38,474 nucleotides of DNA, from the NCBI GenBank assembly GCA_008369845.1, contig MRSU01001253.1, positions 1 through 38,474 of the forward strand, written 5' to 3'. The translations under genes and the position numbers were made by a program. The notes under the pieces were generated by a model. That model was not told the origin of the DNA and did not search any database. It saw nothing but the letters and a program-made list of their open reading frames with translations. This stretch comes from Trichomonas gallinae (Eukaryota). This document shows positions 1-10,398 of this stretch, piece after piece; position 1 is the first letter of the stretch, and every line of letters starts with the position of its first letter.

Positions 1-2118
1 AATTCTTTTACGAATGTTATGGATATCGAATTATGAGTAATTTTCCGGAATTTTTCTCATATTCTTGTTATATATATAGAAAATGAGGTGAAGTGAGTTA
101 TTTTTTTTTTTAAAACGTGAACTGAAATTCTAGCTTTAATAATCAATATGATCTTCTACTATGTTCGTTTTGGGTTCATTACACTTTTTTTATTTAAATA
201 ATTTTATCGATTTTAGTTTTTTCTTATAGACTCTCTCACATGCATCTATACGCATGGCAATGATTTATATCAACGTATTTTATGCGTGTGAAAGTCTCTG
301 ACAAAAGATCGATCCCACTAAATGAACATTTTTGCTAAATATGATCGCTTTGTTGGAGCCCTTAGCATCTGGTGATCAAAATATCTATAAGATATACAGG
401 GCGTGAATATTATGCTGAATATGAAGTTTTCAGATAATCAGATTTAACTCTTTGGTTGTAGACTCTCTTACATCTAATGCTGTGCATCATGATAATGCAT
501 AACATTGAATTTTGTTCAAGAGAGTCTTCATTTACAAGCAGAAGTTGTTTTCTAAATTTTCTAGATAAGGCAGTGTATATAACTCGAATACCAGACATAT
601 TTCTATTGGAACATCATTGAAACATACAGTGTGAAAGGACATTACATTAATGAAAAATTAGATTTTCAATAAAATAACAGTTACTCAACGATTGGCTGAA
701 TTGTGACATTATGTATCGCATTGATTTCCTAATTATGATTCGTAAAATCGACAAACTCATCTCAAATTACACAATTTAATTGAAATTGACGAGTTTATTA
801 TTATAATGCTAATAAACTCCTTGATGATAGCCAATTTTCTTTTTAAACGCTTAATTTAGATTCATTACTGGGTTTATTAATAGTCGAAATAGATTTAAAA
901 AGTTATTGATAATAAATAATAAAATATTGGTCCTAATGGTATAGAAATTGATATTATCATGAGAGAGTTCAAGATGTATTCAGTTTCTTTATCAATTGAC
1001 CAATGTTGACAATATTCAATAACAATCGTAATCAAATTAATTTGTTTGTAGCTTACAACGAAATAAATCCATTTTGCGGTATTTAGTCTACTCATGCTAT
1101 TATAGATTTGTATGAATAATTACAAAAAATGATTGAATCTTTTTTAAATGCTAGGTTATTTTTACAATGAATATAATGTGAATGATTGAATAACATGATG
1201 AAATTTCGATGAAATAAATAATTTCAAATATCTGTTAAGGAATATTCATCGTTTTTTCATATGTAATTAATCATCAAACTGAATGGCCTAATCGGCATCA
1301 GTGCATGAGCAATGCCAAGCATAAATGATTAATTTCGAAATTTCATCAAATTAAATTTCATGCATCTTGAATTGCATTAATTGGGTATTCATCAACCCAT
1401 ATGTTAGATAAATAGCAATAAACCAAATGTAAAACGAATAATAATAATTAAAATGCGAAATATGACTTATTAATAATATTTTCAATTGTATATCATGCGG
1501 CTTACCCTAGGATGCGGTGAATGTGCTATGTAATGCCGTGAAATTATGTAAAATGATTATTGTATCGGATTTATCTTCAGCAAATCGTAATCAATCAATG
1601 ACTAATGCATTTTGGATGAGGAAATGTACAAAGATTCTTCATATGATTGTTTTGACTCCGAGAATTAACCAAAATTATTGAATCTGAATAATTAATTAAA
1701 TCTGTTAGCAACAAATCGCCCTGAACATCACAGCTAAAGACCTTGGATCGCGTGATTGTTCGTATAATCACGTACGTAGCTGTTTTTATTGTTTTTTATC
1801 TCAAATAAATATCATTGAAATTAGATCGGAAAATGCAAAAAAGTGAGATTTTGTCAATGTTCTATTCAAAATTTTTGAATACACATTCAATTAGAGCAAT
1901 GTTGTCCTAAATAGTACTTATAGTGTATCTACTCATTTATCAAAAAATGTGTCTTTTTTTATTAAAAAATAAGGTAGTTTTTGAAAAAAAAGTATCGGAA
2001 AATAAAACATCGATTTAAACAAAAAGTGGTAGCACAATGATTCAATAATTGAATGATATTGAATCGGTCGCGAATAATATTCAGAGTCTTAACCGCGGGC
2101 AAGACTCAAACTAGGCTT

Positions 2119-4746
2119 TCAGGGGCCTTTCTCCTTTCCCTCTTCTTCGAACAATATGCGATAAAAGTCTGAGACTGCCCAGTGGACCCTCTTCCGTCCT
2201 CTCTTGTTGTATAGCTCCTTGGCTATCTCTGAGGTGACGATCTTCTCTCTGAGCTCTGCGAGAAATTCATCGAAGTCTCCTAACTTTTCAACTACAGAAT
2301 TTTTTGAATTTGTATTGAATTTTTCAGAACTACTCTTTTCAATATCTGGCTCAATATTGACCACAATTGAATTTTGAAAAGAGAGGGGTTTTGTTATCCG
2401 CTTGATATCACAAATACGATCGAACCGAAAGTGTTTCTTAAACTTATTATTGCCATTTGATTCAAAGTCATGGAATTCGATATCAACATTCGGAGCTGGT
2501 GATTGAGGTTCGATAGCTTCAGGTAAATCAGGGATTGCTGGATCGTCGGACTCAACATAAGGCGTTGATTCATCTGATGACTCTTGTTCTGATGATGAAG
2601 GCGCAATATAGTCTGATTCCTCATTAGTTTCGGTCTCTGATGACTGTGAGTTTTCTTCATCTTTCTGAATATTTGTGTTCGGGTTCAATTCAATTTGAGA
2701 ATTTGCTTCAGGATTTTCAGTACTTTGAGACGGATGAGTATTCAAAGTTTTGTTAGTGATTCTGAACTTTTTTGTTAAGGCCTCAAAAGTTTCTGTGCGG
2801 CTAAACATTTTTGCCACTTTTGTTGAATTGAAAAACATTCGATCGATGAACACAAACTCATCAAAATTTATCATCGTTTGTTTCAAGCTATTCCAAGATT
2901 CTCTATCGACGTGAACAACTTTTGTGAATACGAAATCAATAAATTGAACCGATGACGATAACGTTGGCTTATTTGTTCGAATAAAATTGTAAACTTGATT
3001 AAGGAAATTAATCGGAATCGCAGCAATTTGAGAATCTTTGTTTGATGATACGATCATTCCTGGGTTGATGTCAGGCTGCGTCATCAAATCTGCCGAATTT
3101 GTTAATTCAGTGAATTGCGGAGAAGGCTCGTCCATGTCATCAGACATCGCAATATTCACTCCAGAGTCTTGCGGACCTAATTCACGATCTTTCAAAATAA
3201 CCTTAAATTCATTCAGTGTTATTCTAGGCCATTTATCAACGATCCTCTCGAAAACAGACTTTCCTTTCTTGTTGTATATCTCGTGTATAAAGGCTTTGAT
3301 CTCTTTCATCTGCCTGGAATAAAGCACTAAACGCCTTGTGCAAGTTGGGAGACTCTTATAGTAGGCTAAAAGCGTGTCAGATATCAAAGATGGGTTCATC
3401 CTCCAAGACTGTATCTTCTTGAATTCGGAATATTCCAATCGCAGCATTTTCTTACGATATTTATTAAATGCGATCACTGACGGTTTGTTATTTTTCACAA
3501 AAGAAACCAAATCATCATAGCTCTCATCATCAAATCCGAATACCGAGAACATGGTATCGGTCAACGGAATAGATTCGGGATCTAATGAATTTAAAAACTT
3601 GTCGTAATGAAGCGGCAAATCTTCAATAGCATTGATATTGGGGTCATAACGTGGTATATGCTCATTGAATTCATCAAATGCAGAAAATTCATCTTTCGAT
3701 TTCTCGCCTTTTGGAAGATCCGTTGCAATAGCACTAACTTCTGAATGCTGCTGATCAGTTTGCTTATTCTGCTCCTCCATTCTTCGTTGAGCTTCGGACA
3801 TCATTGTGCGTCGAACTTCGAAAAGTAGCTTTAGCTCATTAACAGAAATAGTAGGCCAGCCTTTAGAGACAGCAGTCATTGTTTCATCTATTGATGCATC
3901 GCATTTGCAAATCTCGTCTAACAGATATTGGGTCGGAATTGTATTCAGAAACAAAATCAAATTTCGGCCATCAGAAGGAAGATTATTGTAGAAATCAATG
4001 AAATACTGGGGAATTCCTTCTTTATTTGCCCTGAACTTTTCAATTCCCTTATATTCATCTAATGAAATCGTAACAAGCTGCGATTTGTATTTAAGAAATT
4101 CCAATTGAGTCATCTTCTTGTCCTTTACAGTTTTAACGAACTCAGTGTAGTCAGAATCAGTATATCCAAAAATAAAATAATGTGCATAGATCAATTTAGC
4201 GATTGGTAAGCTGGAAAGAAAGCTATCGTAACAAGGCTTAAGAGTCGAAATTGACGTTTCAACCACACTATGTGCAGGTTCTTTCTTTTTTCTTCCACGT
4301 TTAGACTTCTCTTTAACAGCGTTACTTTGATTGTTGGTATTTTCCTTTTGCGGTATGATTTTAGTTGAAAGAAGGGCTTGCGCTTTCGTGAGATCGTTAT
4401 CTGTATTTGATAATGCATTTTCAACCTGCGATTTAGGATAGCCTAAATTTATTAAATAAGAAACTTTTGCTGGGTCTGGGACGCTCGATGACAAGGATTG
4501 TTCAGGTGCTTTATTTATTAAATAGCAATCCCAATTACAATCAGGGCTGTTCTTGCCAATAACCATTGCATCATCCAAGACTTTGCCATTGCTCTTAATT
4601 ACAATGTTGTCTAGAGGTTTTTTCGAAAAAATTGATATTGTTTTTTTCAGGTCAATGATTTTTTCATTGTTGGATGCTGATATTTGCATGTCAGCATATT
4701 CAGAGTCAGGAAAATGAATGCAGAAAGAATCCGAGTCCTCACTCAT
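2119..4746 (-). CDS. UBL + UBA domain protein with a tandemly duplicated ~140-aa unknown domain and an acidic C-terminal region (875 aa)
   Basis: Long uninterrupted ATG-started ORF. The N-terminus resembles a ubiquitin-like fold (KIIDLKKTI...IVIKSNGKVLDD) followed by a UBA-like motif (KVSYLINLGYPKSQVENALSNTDNDLTKAQALL). Two internal repeats run YD.FL.SL...FG...WP.I...E.K. Basic KRGRK motifs are present. Confidence 0.75.
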   Translation of the reverse strand: MSEDSDSFCIHFPDSEYADMQISASNNEKIIDLKKTISIFSKKPLDNIVIKSNGKVLDDAMVIGKNSPDCNWDCYLINKAPEQSLSSSVPDPAKVSYLINLGYPKSQVENALSNTDNDLTKAQALLSTKIIPQKENTNNQSNAVKEKSKRGRKKKEPAHSVVETSISTLKPCYDSFLSSLPIAKLIYAHYFIFGYTDSDYTEFVKTVKDKKMTQLEFLKYKSQLVTISLDEYKGIEKFRANKEGIPQYFIDFYNNLPSDGRNLILFLNTIPTQYLLDEICKCDASIDETMTAVSKGWPTISVNELKLLFEVRRTMMSEAQRRMEEQNKQTDQQHSEVSAIATDLPKGEKSKDEFSAFDEFNEHIPRYDPNINAIEDLPLHYDKFLNSLDPESIPLTDTMFSVFGFDDESYDDLVSFVKNNKPSVIAFNKYRKKMLRLEYSEFKKIQSWRMNPSLISDTLLAYYKSLPTCTRRLVLYSRQMKEIKAFIHEIYNKKGKSVFERIVDKWPRITLNEFKVILKDRELGPQDSGVNIAMSDDMDEPSPQFTELTNSADLMTQPDINPGMIVSSNKDSQIAAIPINFLNQVYNFIRTNKPTLSSSVQFIDFVFTKVVHVDRESWNSLKQTMINFDEFVFIDRMFFNSTKVAKMFSRTETFEALTKKFRITNKTLNTHPSQSTENPEANSQIELNPNTNIQKDEENSQSSETETNEESDYIAPSSSEQESSDESTPYVESDDPAIPDLPEAIEPQSPAPNVDIEFHDFESNGNNKFKKHFRFDRICDIKRITKPLSFQNSIVVNIEPDIEKSSSEKFNTNSKNSVVEKLGDFDEFLAELREKIVTSEIAKELYNKRGRKRVHWAVSDFYRILFEEEGKEKGP

Positions 4747-4765
4747 TTAAATTTGGTGTTTGAAA

Positions 4766-4770
4766 AGTGA
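4766..4770 (-). promoter_or_regulatory. Initiator (Inr)-like TCACT upstream of the UBL-UBA gene
   Basis: The minus strand reads ...tgTCACTtttcaaacaccaaatttaaATG. This matches the trichomonad Inr consensus TCA(C/T)(T/A) about 20 nt upstream of the ATG. The motif is short, so position is the main support. Confidence 0.5.
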
Positions 4771-6353
4771 CAAATAACAAGATCCTTGGTTTCCACGGCT
4801 TCTTTTAAGCCCACAATCATCTATTTTATTTATATATATGCACATATGTGCTTTTTGATATTTTTTCCATTCTTTTTATAAACTCTAAAATAAATAATAT
4901 AAACTGCATTTGATATGATTATAAACCCAAAATCAAAAAGAAAGTCCTCCAGTTCCAAAAAATTAATATTGATATATTTTTATTCTGATTTTATAGTGGT
5001 TTTGTAACAACCAAAATGCGTATCTCAGTAATAATATCATATATTTGTAAACATTTGTAAGTTTGTTTAATGTTTCTAATCTTTGTTAAAAATTAATAGG
5101 ATATCCAGGCTGATTTTTTCGCACAAAATGACTATACCCGTACTGGATCTATTGATATCCCAATCATCAAAAAAGAATCTGGAAATTATTTTATCAAAAC
5201 ACAGATCGACTCAATTTAACTGAACGTATCAATTTATCCATCATTTATGGGTGGACTAATCATAAGAAGTGAATTTAAACCGATAGAAGTGAAGATAACT
5301 ATGCAAAGAAATATTTTTCGAAAAAAAAAGTTCTCATTTCAAAAAAGCATAGATAATAATTAAAATCTGCACATTAGTTCATAATTACACAAATATGGAC
5401 TTGAAATCCAAATATATATTCAAAAGAAATTACAGAAAAATATTATAATATATATGAGATAATAGGATATCATGTCCAGATACGAAATATGATACGAATG
5501 GAGAGAACATAAAGCTCATTAAAATGAATATTATTTTTAATTTTATTCAAAAATATCTCGTATAATATAATGCCTAGTATCAATATCCTGAGATGTTGAA
5601 ATCTTTTGAAGTGTTTTCATTGTTTTTTCCGAATACATTAAAAATTATTCTTAATTCAGCAACTACAAATGATATTATTATGATGATTCAATTCATTATG
5701 AAGAATGATGCATGCTTTAGTAGCAAAATTCCAAGAATTTTTAAGTTTTGGAAAAATCATTTTTTCAAAAAACTTTATAATTATTCGTAGATAATTAAAT
5801 TGTATATTTTGCTCTCTCGTATATAATTAGATGCTTGGTGTTTTAACACGTAACTTCAAAATTTTCGTCATATCAATTGAAATCTTTTAAGATTTGGCGT
5901 GAATTGTGAAACAATATGGATATTTGAAGATTTGATGCCATGTAAAATGCATGTTCTAGTCATTGATTGGTAAAAGTAGCCAGTTTCGATACCTATGATG
6001 AACTTAGAATATTTCAAATATATGAATCGGAAAAGTAATAATTCAATGTGTATTCAATTCCGAACAAATTTGAAATGAAATCTGTGCATAATGAAAATTC
6101 AATATGTAGATTGAATTTCCATTGGAAACTAAATTAAAAATGAATTGTTATAAAATCCTTTTTAAGCGCAGAGTTTTATTTCAAATATATTCATAATCAT
6201 TTAAAAATGAATGTTTTTTTTTTTAAAAAAAAAGTATTATGAATTAATTTAATTGTTCTATACATAAATCGGTTACGAAAAAGCGACAGACTTAAAACAG
6301 TGGTGGACCTCAATTTTAAAAAGTGACAATTCCTGAAGATTTCATTTTTCATC

Positions 6354-6451
6354 AAGACTGGTAAGAGAGAATGCCACTTGTCTGCAGCAGAGTGCTATGC
6401 TGTAATATGATGCTTTGCTGCAGACAAGTGGCATTAGCTCTTACCAGTTTT
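6354..6451 (+). repeat. 98-nt near-perfect hairpin/palindrome (left copy of a self-folding inverted repeat)
   Basis: 6354-6399 pairs with 6406-6451 with no bulges: 37 Watson-Crick pairs, 6 G-T(U) pairs, 3 mismatches and a 6-nt loop (counted by hand). Confidence 0.95.
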
Positions 6452-6496
6452 CTTCAAAATATGAACGAGCTTTATATTGCCGGAGGCACCATCTCT
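6371..6496. repeat. ~125-bp inverted repeat homologous to 10057-10182
   Basis: The reverse complement of 6371-6444 (GTAAGAGCTAATGCCACTTGTCTGCAGCAAAGCATCATATTACA...) aligns with 10109-10182 (GTAAGAGCTAATGCCACTTATCTGCTGCAAAGCATTATATTACA...). Weaker homology continues inward (TTCTTCAAAATATGA...TTTATATTGCC..A..C.CC.TCTCT) to ~6496/10057. Confidence 0.85.
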
Positions 6497-8221
6497 CACA
6501 CCTCAAACTCTTACAAAGTGACAATATCGATGCACCCCCTGTCTATTCACTAACAGAATTGCATGAAAATCAACACCTTTTTTATATAGATGTCTGCTTC
6601 GAATAAGTTCAAAATGAGCCGGGTAAACAATTGGCTTTTTTCATCGCAGCAAATACTGGAAGGATCTGATACCTGATACTCGGTTGATAGATGGGATGTG
6701 TATTGATGGATGCCTCTTACAAACGATGAAGCTGCTATCACTTCTCGAATATATTAATTCTGGGAATGTATGAAAAATGAAGTTTTTGCAAGATGCAACT
6801 CCAGTGGATATCGGGAACTTCAATCATACTATATTAACAGAACTGCCTGACAATTAAAACACGTCGCTGCAACGAAAAAAAGCCGAATTTCTCCCGGCTA
6901 ATTTCATAACAGTCCCATAACTCAATGTTTATAGTGTCAGAGATCCTTTTTCTAACACTACATGTTTATAATCAGTACCAAATGATTTTCATGACAGATA
7001 CAATATTAATAAAGCAAAGCACATTCAAATGAGCCGTTACCTGTGAATACATTCCCTTTTAGACTGGGATTTAAGGACTCAATATATTTCATCTAAAAAA
7101 TTGATGATGTAAATGTCAGTTAGAAGCGTGAATTTCGGAAGTGTTTCCATTCAATACATATAATCATCGGATAGTGGTAACTTAGATGTAATTTTATTTG
7201 CCGGCTAATTGCATTCTAGCTCAATCCAATATCATTAAATTTTTTTCTATTCCTCAAATGACTAGTTTAAAGGACTTAACTTCTGAATTTCAACTTCAGA
7301 AAATTGATGAAATAGTCAACAATCTTCCAATAATTAATACTAGCATAAACTATCCTTATAAATAATTGTGAATTATCATCATGTTTCAACTTTGCACAAA
7401 TAGTATTTTTTCCAAATCTATTAGTAGGATCAGCCAATCGTTGATAATTAAGGGTAGATTTAAACGATTCCTCATACTATTCAATGAGTATATGTATTGA
7501 ATGGAAAAACAGTAGTATGGAAACATCCTACATCTCATGCAAACGAATTTAATTCGTTTTCAATTGAGAGACATAGTATCAATAGAAAGAATAATCAGAA
7601 TAATGTTTCGGTTTTTGATTCAAAGACTAATTTGTGGTAAACTAGTATTATTAAGCTCTATATGTGCTCGATATTGCGTATTTTAGGAGCTACTTAAAAA
7701 AATACGAGTTTCGGAAATTTATATTGACTAGAGTTTCCAAGATATTCTTAGTTTAGATTAGTAAACAAGCTTCAAATAATTTGTTGACTCAATTAAGTAC
7801 TTACCTGAATTGGTAATTATGTGTATTATGCATACAGTCATATATGAGTTAGTTCTTGCGTATTCTCAAAGGGAATTATATTTAAAATTTTGTAAAAGTT
7901 AATTTGCAGCCCAGGTAGTACAGCTATCATCAATTGTCATGGGTGCAAGTATATTTTTGACTGGAATTGAATGCACAAGACTTCGAAAATGGTACAATAT
8001 CTATCAATGATAAATGCTTTCCGATACGGTTCTGTAGTGGGCAGGAAAAACTTAAAAAACGGAAAAACCGTAAAATTGAGACATTTTTTGATTTTTAATA
8101 AGCCATTATGTAATATTTTATCTGAAGAGTAAAATAAACATATACAATACATTTGAATTACTTTTTTCGAAAGCTTTGATCTAAATTTTTGCTAGTTATA
8201 TCATTCATATCATTATTACAA

Positions 8222-9908
8222 ATGCCTCCAAATGGATCTCATATCATTAAAGCATTGGATCCTTCAAGGTTCCAGTTACCCAAATCAACTCGAGTTAAAT
8301 GACCTCCTCCAGGATTTCGAGTATTAATTGAAAAATCTACTAGCAAATCACACTTCAAATGCACGTTATTACATGTGATCATAAAAGCAAAGAATGTGAT
8401 TTTGTATCAGATCAGACGCAGTTTCAAACAATCTAAATGCTTTAATCCATGAACATATTGCTTATGATGTACAAGTCTTTAATCAACCACATGATACGCC
8501 AGATGATGAGCCTTTTTATGTAGACATTGAAACAATAAAATTAATTGGCAAAACAAATTTACCTGTAAGTTTTTCAACAAATCCATATTTCAAAGACTTC
8601 TGTATCAATTTAATCAATTATGGTCAATAAAATCCCGACAAAACCATAGATATGATTTATTCTCCATTAGGTAAAAATGCATTTCGACAACGATTGATCA
8701 AATTTGGTATGTCAGAATACAATAAGGTTCTAAAACTATACCAAGAAACCACTTATGTTGCCCTTTGTGTTGATGCAGGAAAAATGGAATCAGTAAATTA
8801 TTTTGACATTATTATTGCAAATGCAGCTATTAACCTACAACCATTGGTCTATAAATCCATATCATATATTCCAGGAACATACAAAGCTTATAATCTAGAA
8901 ATACGATCAGTAATAGAAGAGCTCCAAACAATTAGAATAGAGGTAATCGGAGTTGTGTCTGATAAAAATTTTTTTCAGAAAAAAATTCATGCTTAATTTC
9001 ATGTGCATGCCATACGCTTCAATTAACTATTAATGGCTATGATCATCCAGATTACCTTGAAACAATGAATTACATTGGCTGTTTATCAAATGGACTATAG
9101 AAAAGATACGCAATTTAGTAACTTTATTCTCAGCTCCGGATCCTTATTTCATTTCGGTCTTTCATGAAGAAGATGCGCCAGTACATATGGCAAATTCATT
9201 AACGATTGCAGTTCCAATGTTATATACATTGATATTACCATCTTACAAAATTAATACAATTTTAGAAAAATAATCACAGTGCTATCTATTTGTTGAAAGA
9301 TATTGTTCATCAATGTCCGTATATTCAAGATATCGTGACAGGCCTCATCGAAAAATTATTTCAAAAATTAGATGACGTCAATGCAAGTGTTACATTTAAA
9401 GTTCTATTCAATTTTGCACCCAAAGGGAGACTCATTAATGCTGAATTGGCGAGTCCTGCTGCATCTCGGGATGAAAATGAGGAAATTTGGAAGAAATATT
9501 TTCCTCGGTAAGTCATCAAGAGCTGAAACTTCTTAGACGATGCAACAAACTGTATTCATCAGCATGTATTAAAACAGCCTTTATGGAAGCCAAAACAGAA
9601 GTTTCTATAACCGCAGAACGGTTATTAGAGCTGATGATAGCGAACAGGCTGACCAACCAAATAGCAAACAAGCTGATCAACCTCAAAGAGCTCAAGAAAG
9701 GCAAACTCAGATACATGAATTTTTTACAAAAGCTGCCAATAATACGGAAAGAAACGCTAGAAGTCTCCCTTCAGTTCCAGAGGTTCCAGAATTTTTTAAT
9801 AGCGAAGGCTTAATTTCACAAGAAGACTTGATATGTGAAGAAGAAGAACCTGAAGTGAATGAGGACTTTATGCACGAATTTACTGTTTTGTACCGAAATG
9901 CGGAGTGA
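8222..9908 (+). pseudogene. Disrupted hAT-like DDE transposase (several stops and frameshifts, apparently 3'-truncated)
   Basis: Stitched + frames give: a Cys/His-containing N-terminus (CDHK..ECDF..HEH, possible zinc finger); IGKTNLPVSFSTNPYFKDF (hAT 'NLPFS..ENP.F'-like, ~8545-8600); first Asp region VALCVDAG; second Asp region IGVVSD; SCACHTLQL at ~8999-9025 (CxxH motif, like hAT C.AH.L.L); LYTLILPSYKINTILEK; then an acidic stretch ending at TGA 9908. No ERxFS/dimerisation motif was seen. Confidence 0.8.
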
Positions 9909-9962
9909 AAAGTGACGGGTTTACATGTCAGATTTGACGCGTAAAGTGTCCAAAAAGTGTCG

Positions 9963-10222
9963 TCATCGAAGTTTAGATCTCGAGCGCGATCAACAGAAGG
10001 CGCAATATCTGAGGCATACACTGTCTCAGAGGCTCTCTTGAGACTGTGTATGCCTCAGAGACGGCGTTTGTGGCAAAAATAAACCATCTCGTCTTTTGAC
10101 GAAGACATGTAAGAGCTAATGCCACTTATCTGCTGCAAAGCATTATATTACAATATGACGATTTGCTGCAGACAGGTGGCGTCAAGTTCTGTTGATCTCG
10201 CTTTAGATCTAAACTTCGATGA
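9963..10222 (+). repeat. 260-nt multibranch fold-back (36-bp closing stem enclosing three hairpins); MITE-like element or structured ncRNA
   Basis: 9963-9998 pairs with 10187-10222 (33 WC, 1 G-U, 2 mismatches). Hairpin A 10008-10059 has a 14-bp perfect stem, a T-T mismatch and 6 more bp. A small hairpin lies at 10091-10106. Hairpin B 10119-10182 is the homologue of the 6354 hairpin. Confidence 0.9.
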
Positions 10223-10398
10223 ATTTAGGAGCCCTCAGCTGAGTAGAATTTCACAGTAAAACCTAATGTGTATGAATGAAAAATTAGATAAATTTCAAAT
10301 TATGCAGTTTATCTAGTTTATGAGGCATTATTCTGTTATTTCATCGACTTTATTAAATAAATATAAATAAAAAAGTTTACAAAATATAATAATAATAT

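Larger units (their letters stand above)
6354..10222. mobile_element. Candidate decayed DNA transposon: hAT-like transposase remnant bracketed by long, internally palindromic inverted repeats
   Basis: Inverted homologous blocks at 6371-6496 and 10057-10182 flank the transposase remnant. No target-site duplication was found, so the boundaries, and whether this is a single element, are uncertain. Confidence 0.4.

Noticed and set aside
227..298. Imperfect inverted repeat AGACTCTCTCACATGCAT...ATGCGTGTGAAAGTCT
   Set aside because: Short, needs an indel and a mismatch, and has no TSD or second copy. Plausible by chance.
410..1095. Short ORFs at 410-598 and 895-1095
   Set aside because: Under 70 aa with no recognisable motifs in AT-rich DNA. 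They could be gene debris but cannot be supported.
4840..4851. Perfect palindrome GCACATATGTGC, with a similar CATATGTGCT near 13868
   Set aside because: Only two or three loosely similar copies at inconsistent distances from ATGs.
5118..5330. Protein-like + frame with one internal stop (FAQNDYTRTGSIDIP...)
   Set aside because: No start, family motif or homology evidence, so it cannot be called a pseudogene.
685..7444. Exact 15-nt inverted match TCAACGATTGGCTGA (685-699 vs ~7430-7444)
   Set aside because: The match does not extend, and about one 15-mer match is expected by chance in a 38-kb self-comparison.
10091..10106. TTGACGA in a junction, suggesting a hammerhead ribozyme core in the fold-back
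   Set aside because: It is not CUGANGA, and no correctly placed GAAA or NUH was found.
9963..10222. Fold-back as a Fanzor/TnpB omega-RNA or CRISPR-like array
   Set aside because: The adjacent protein has hAT-type DDE/CxxH motifs rather than a RuvC/zinc-ribbon TnpB layout, and no repeat-spacer periodicity was seen anywhere in the window.
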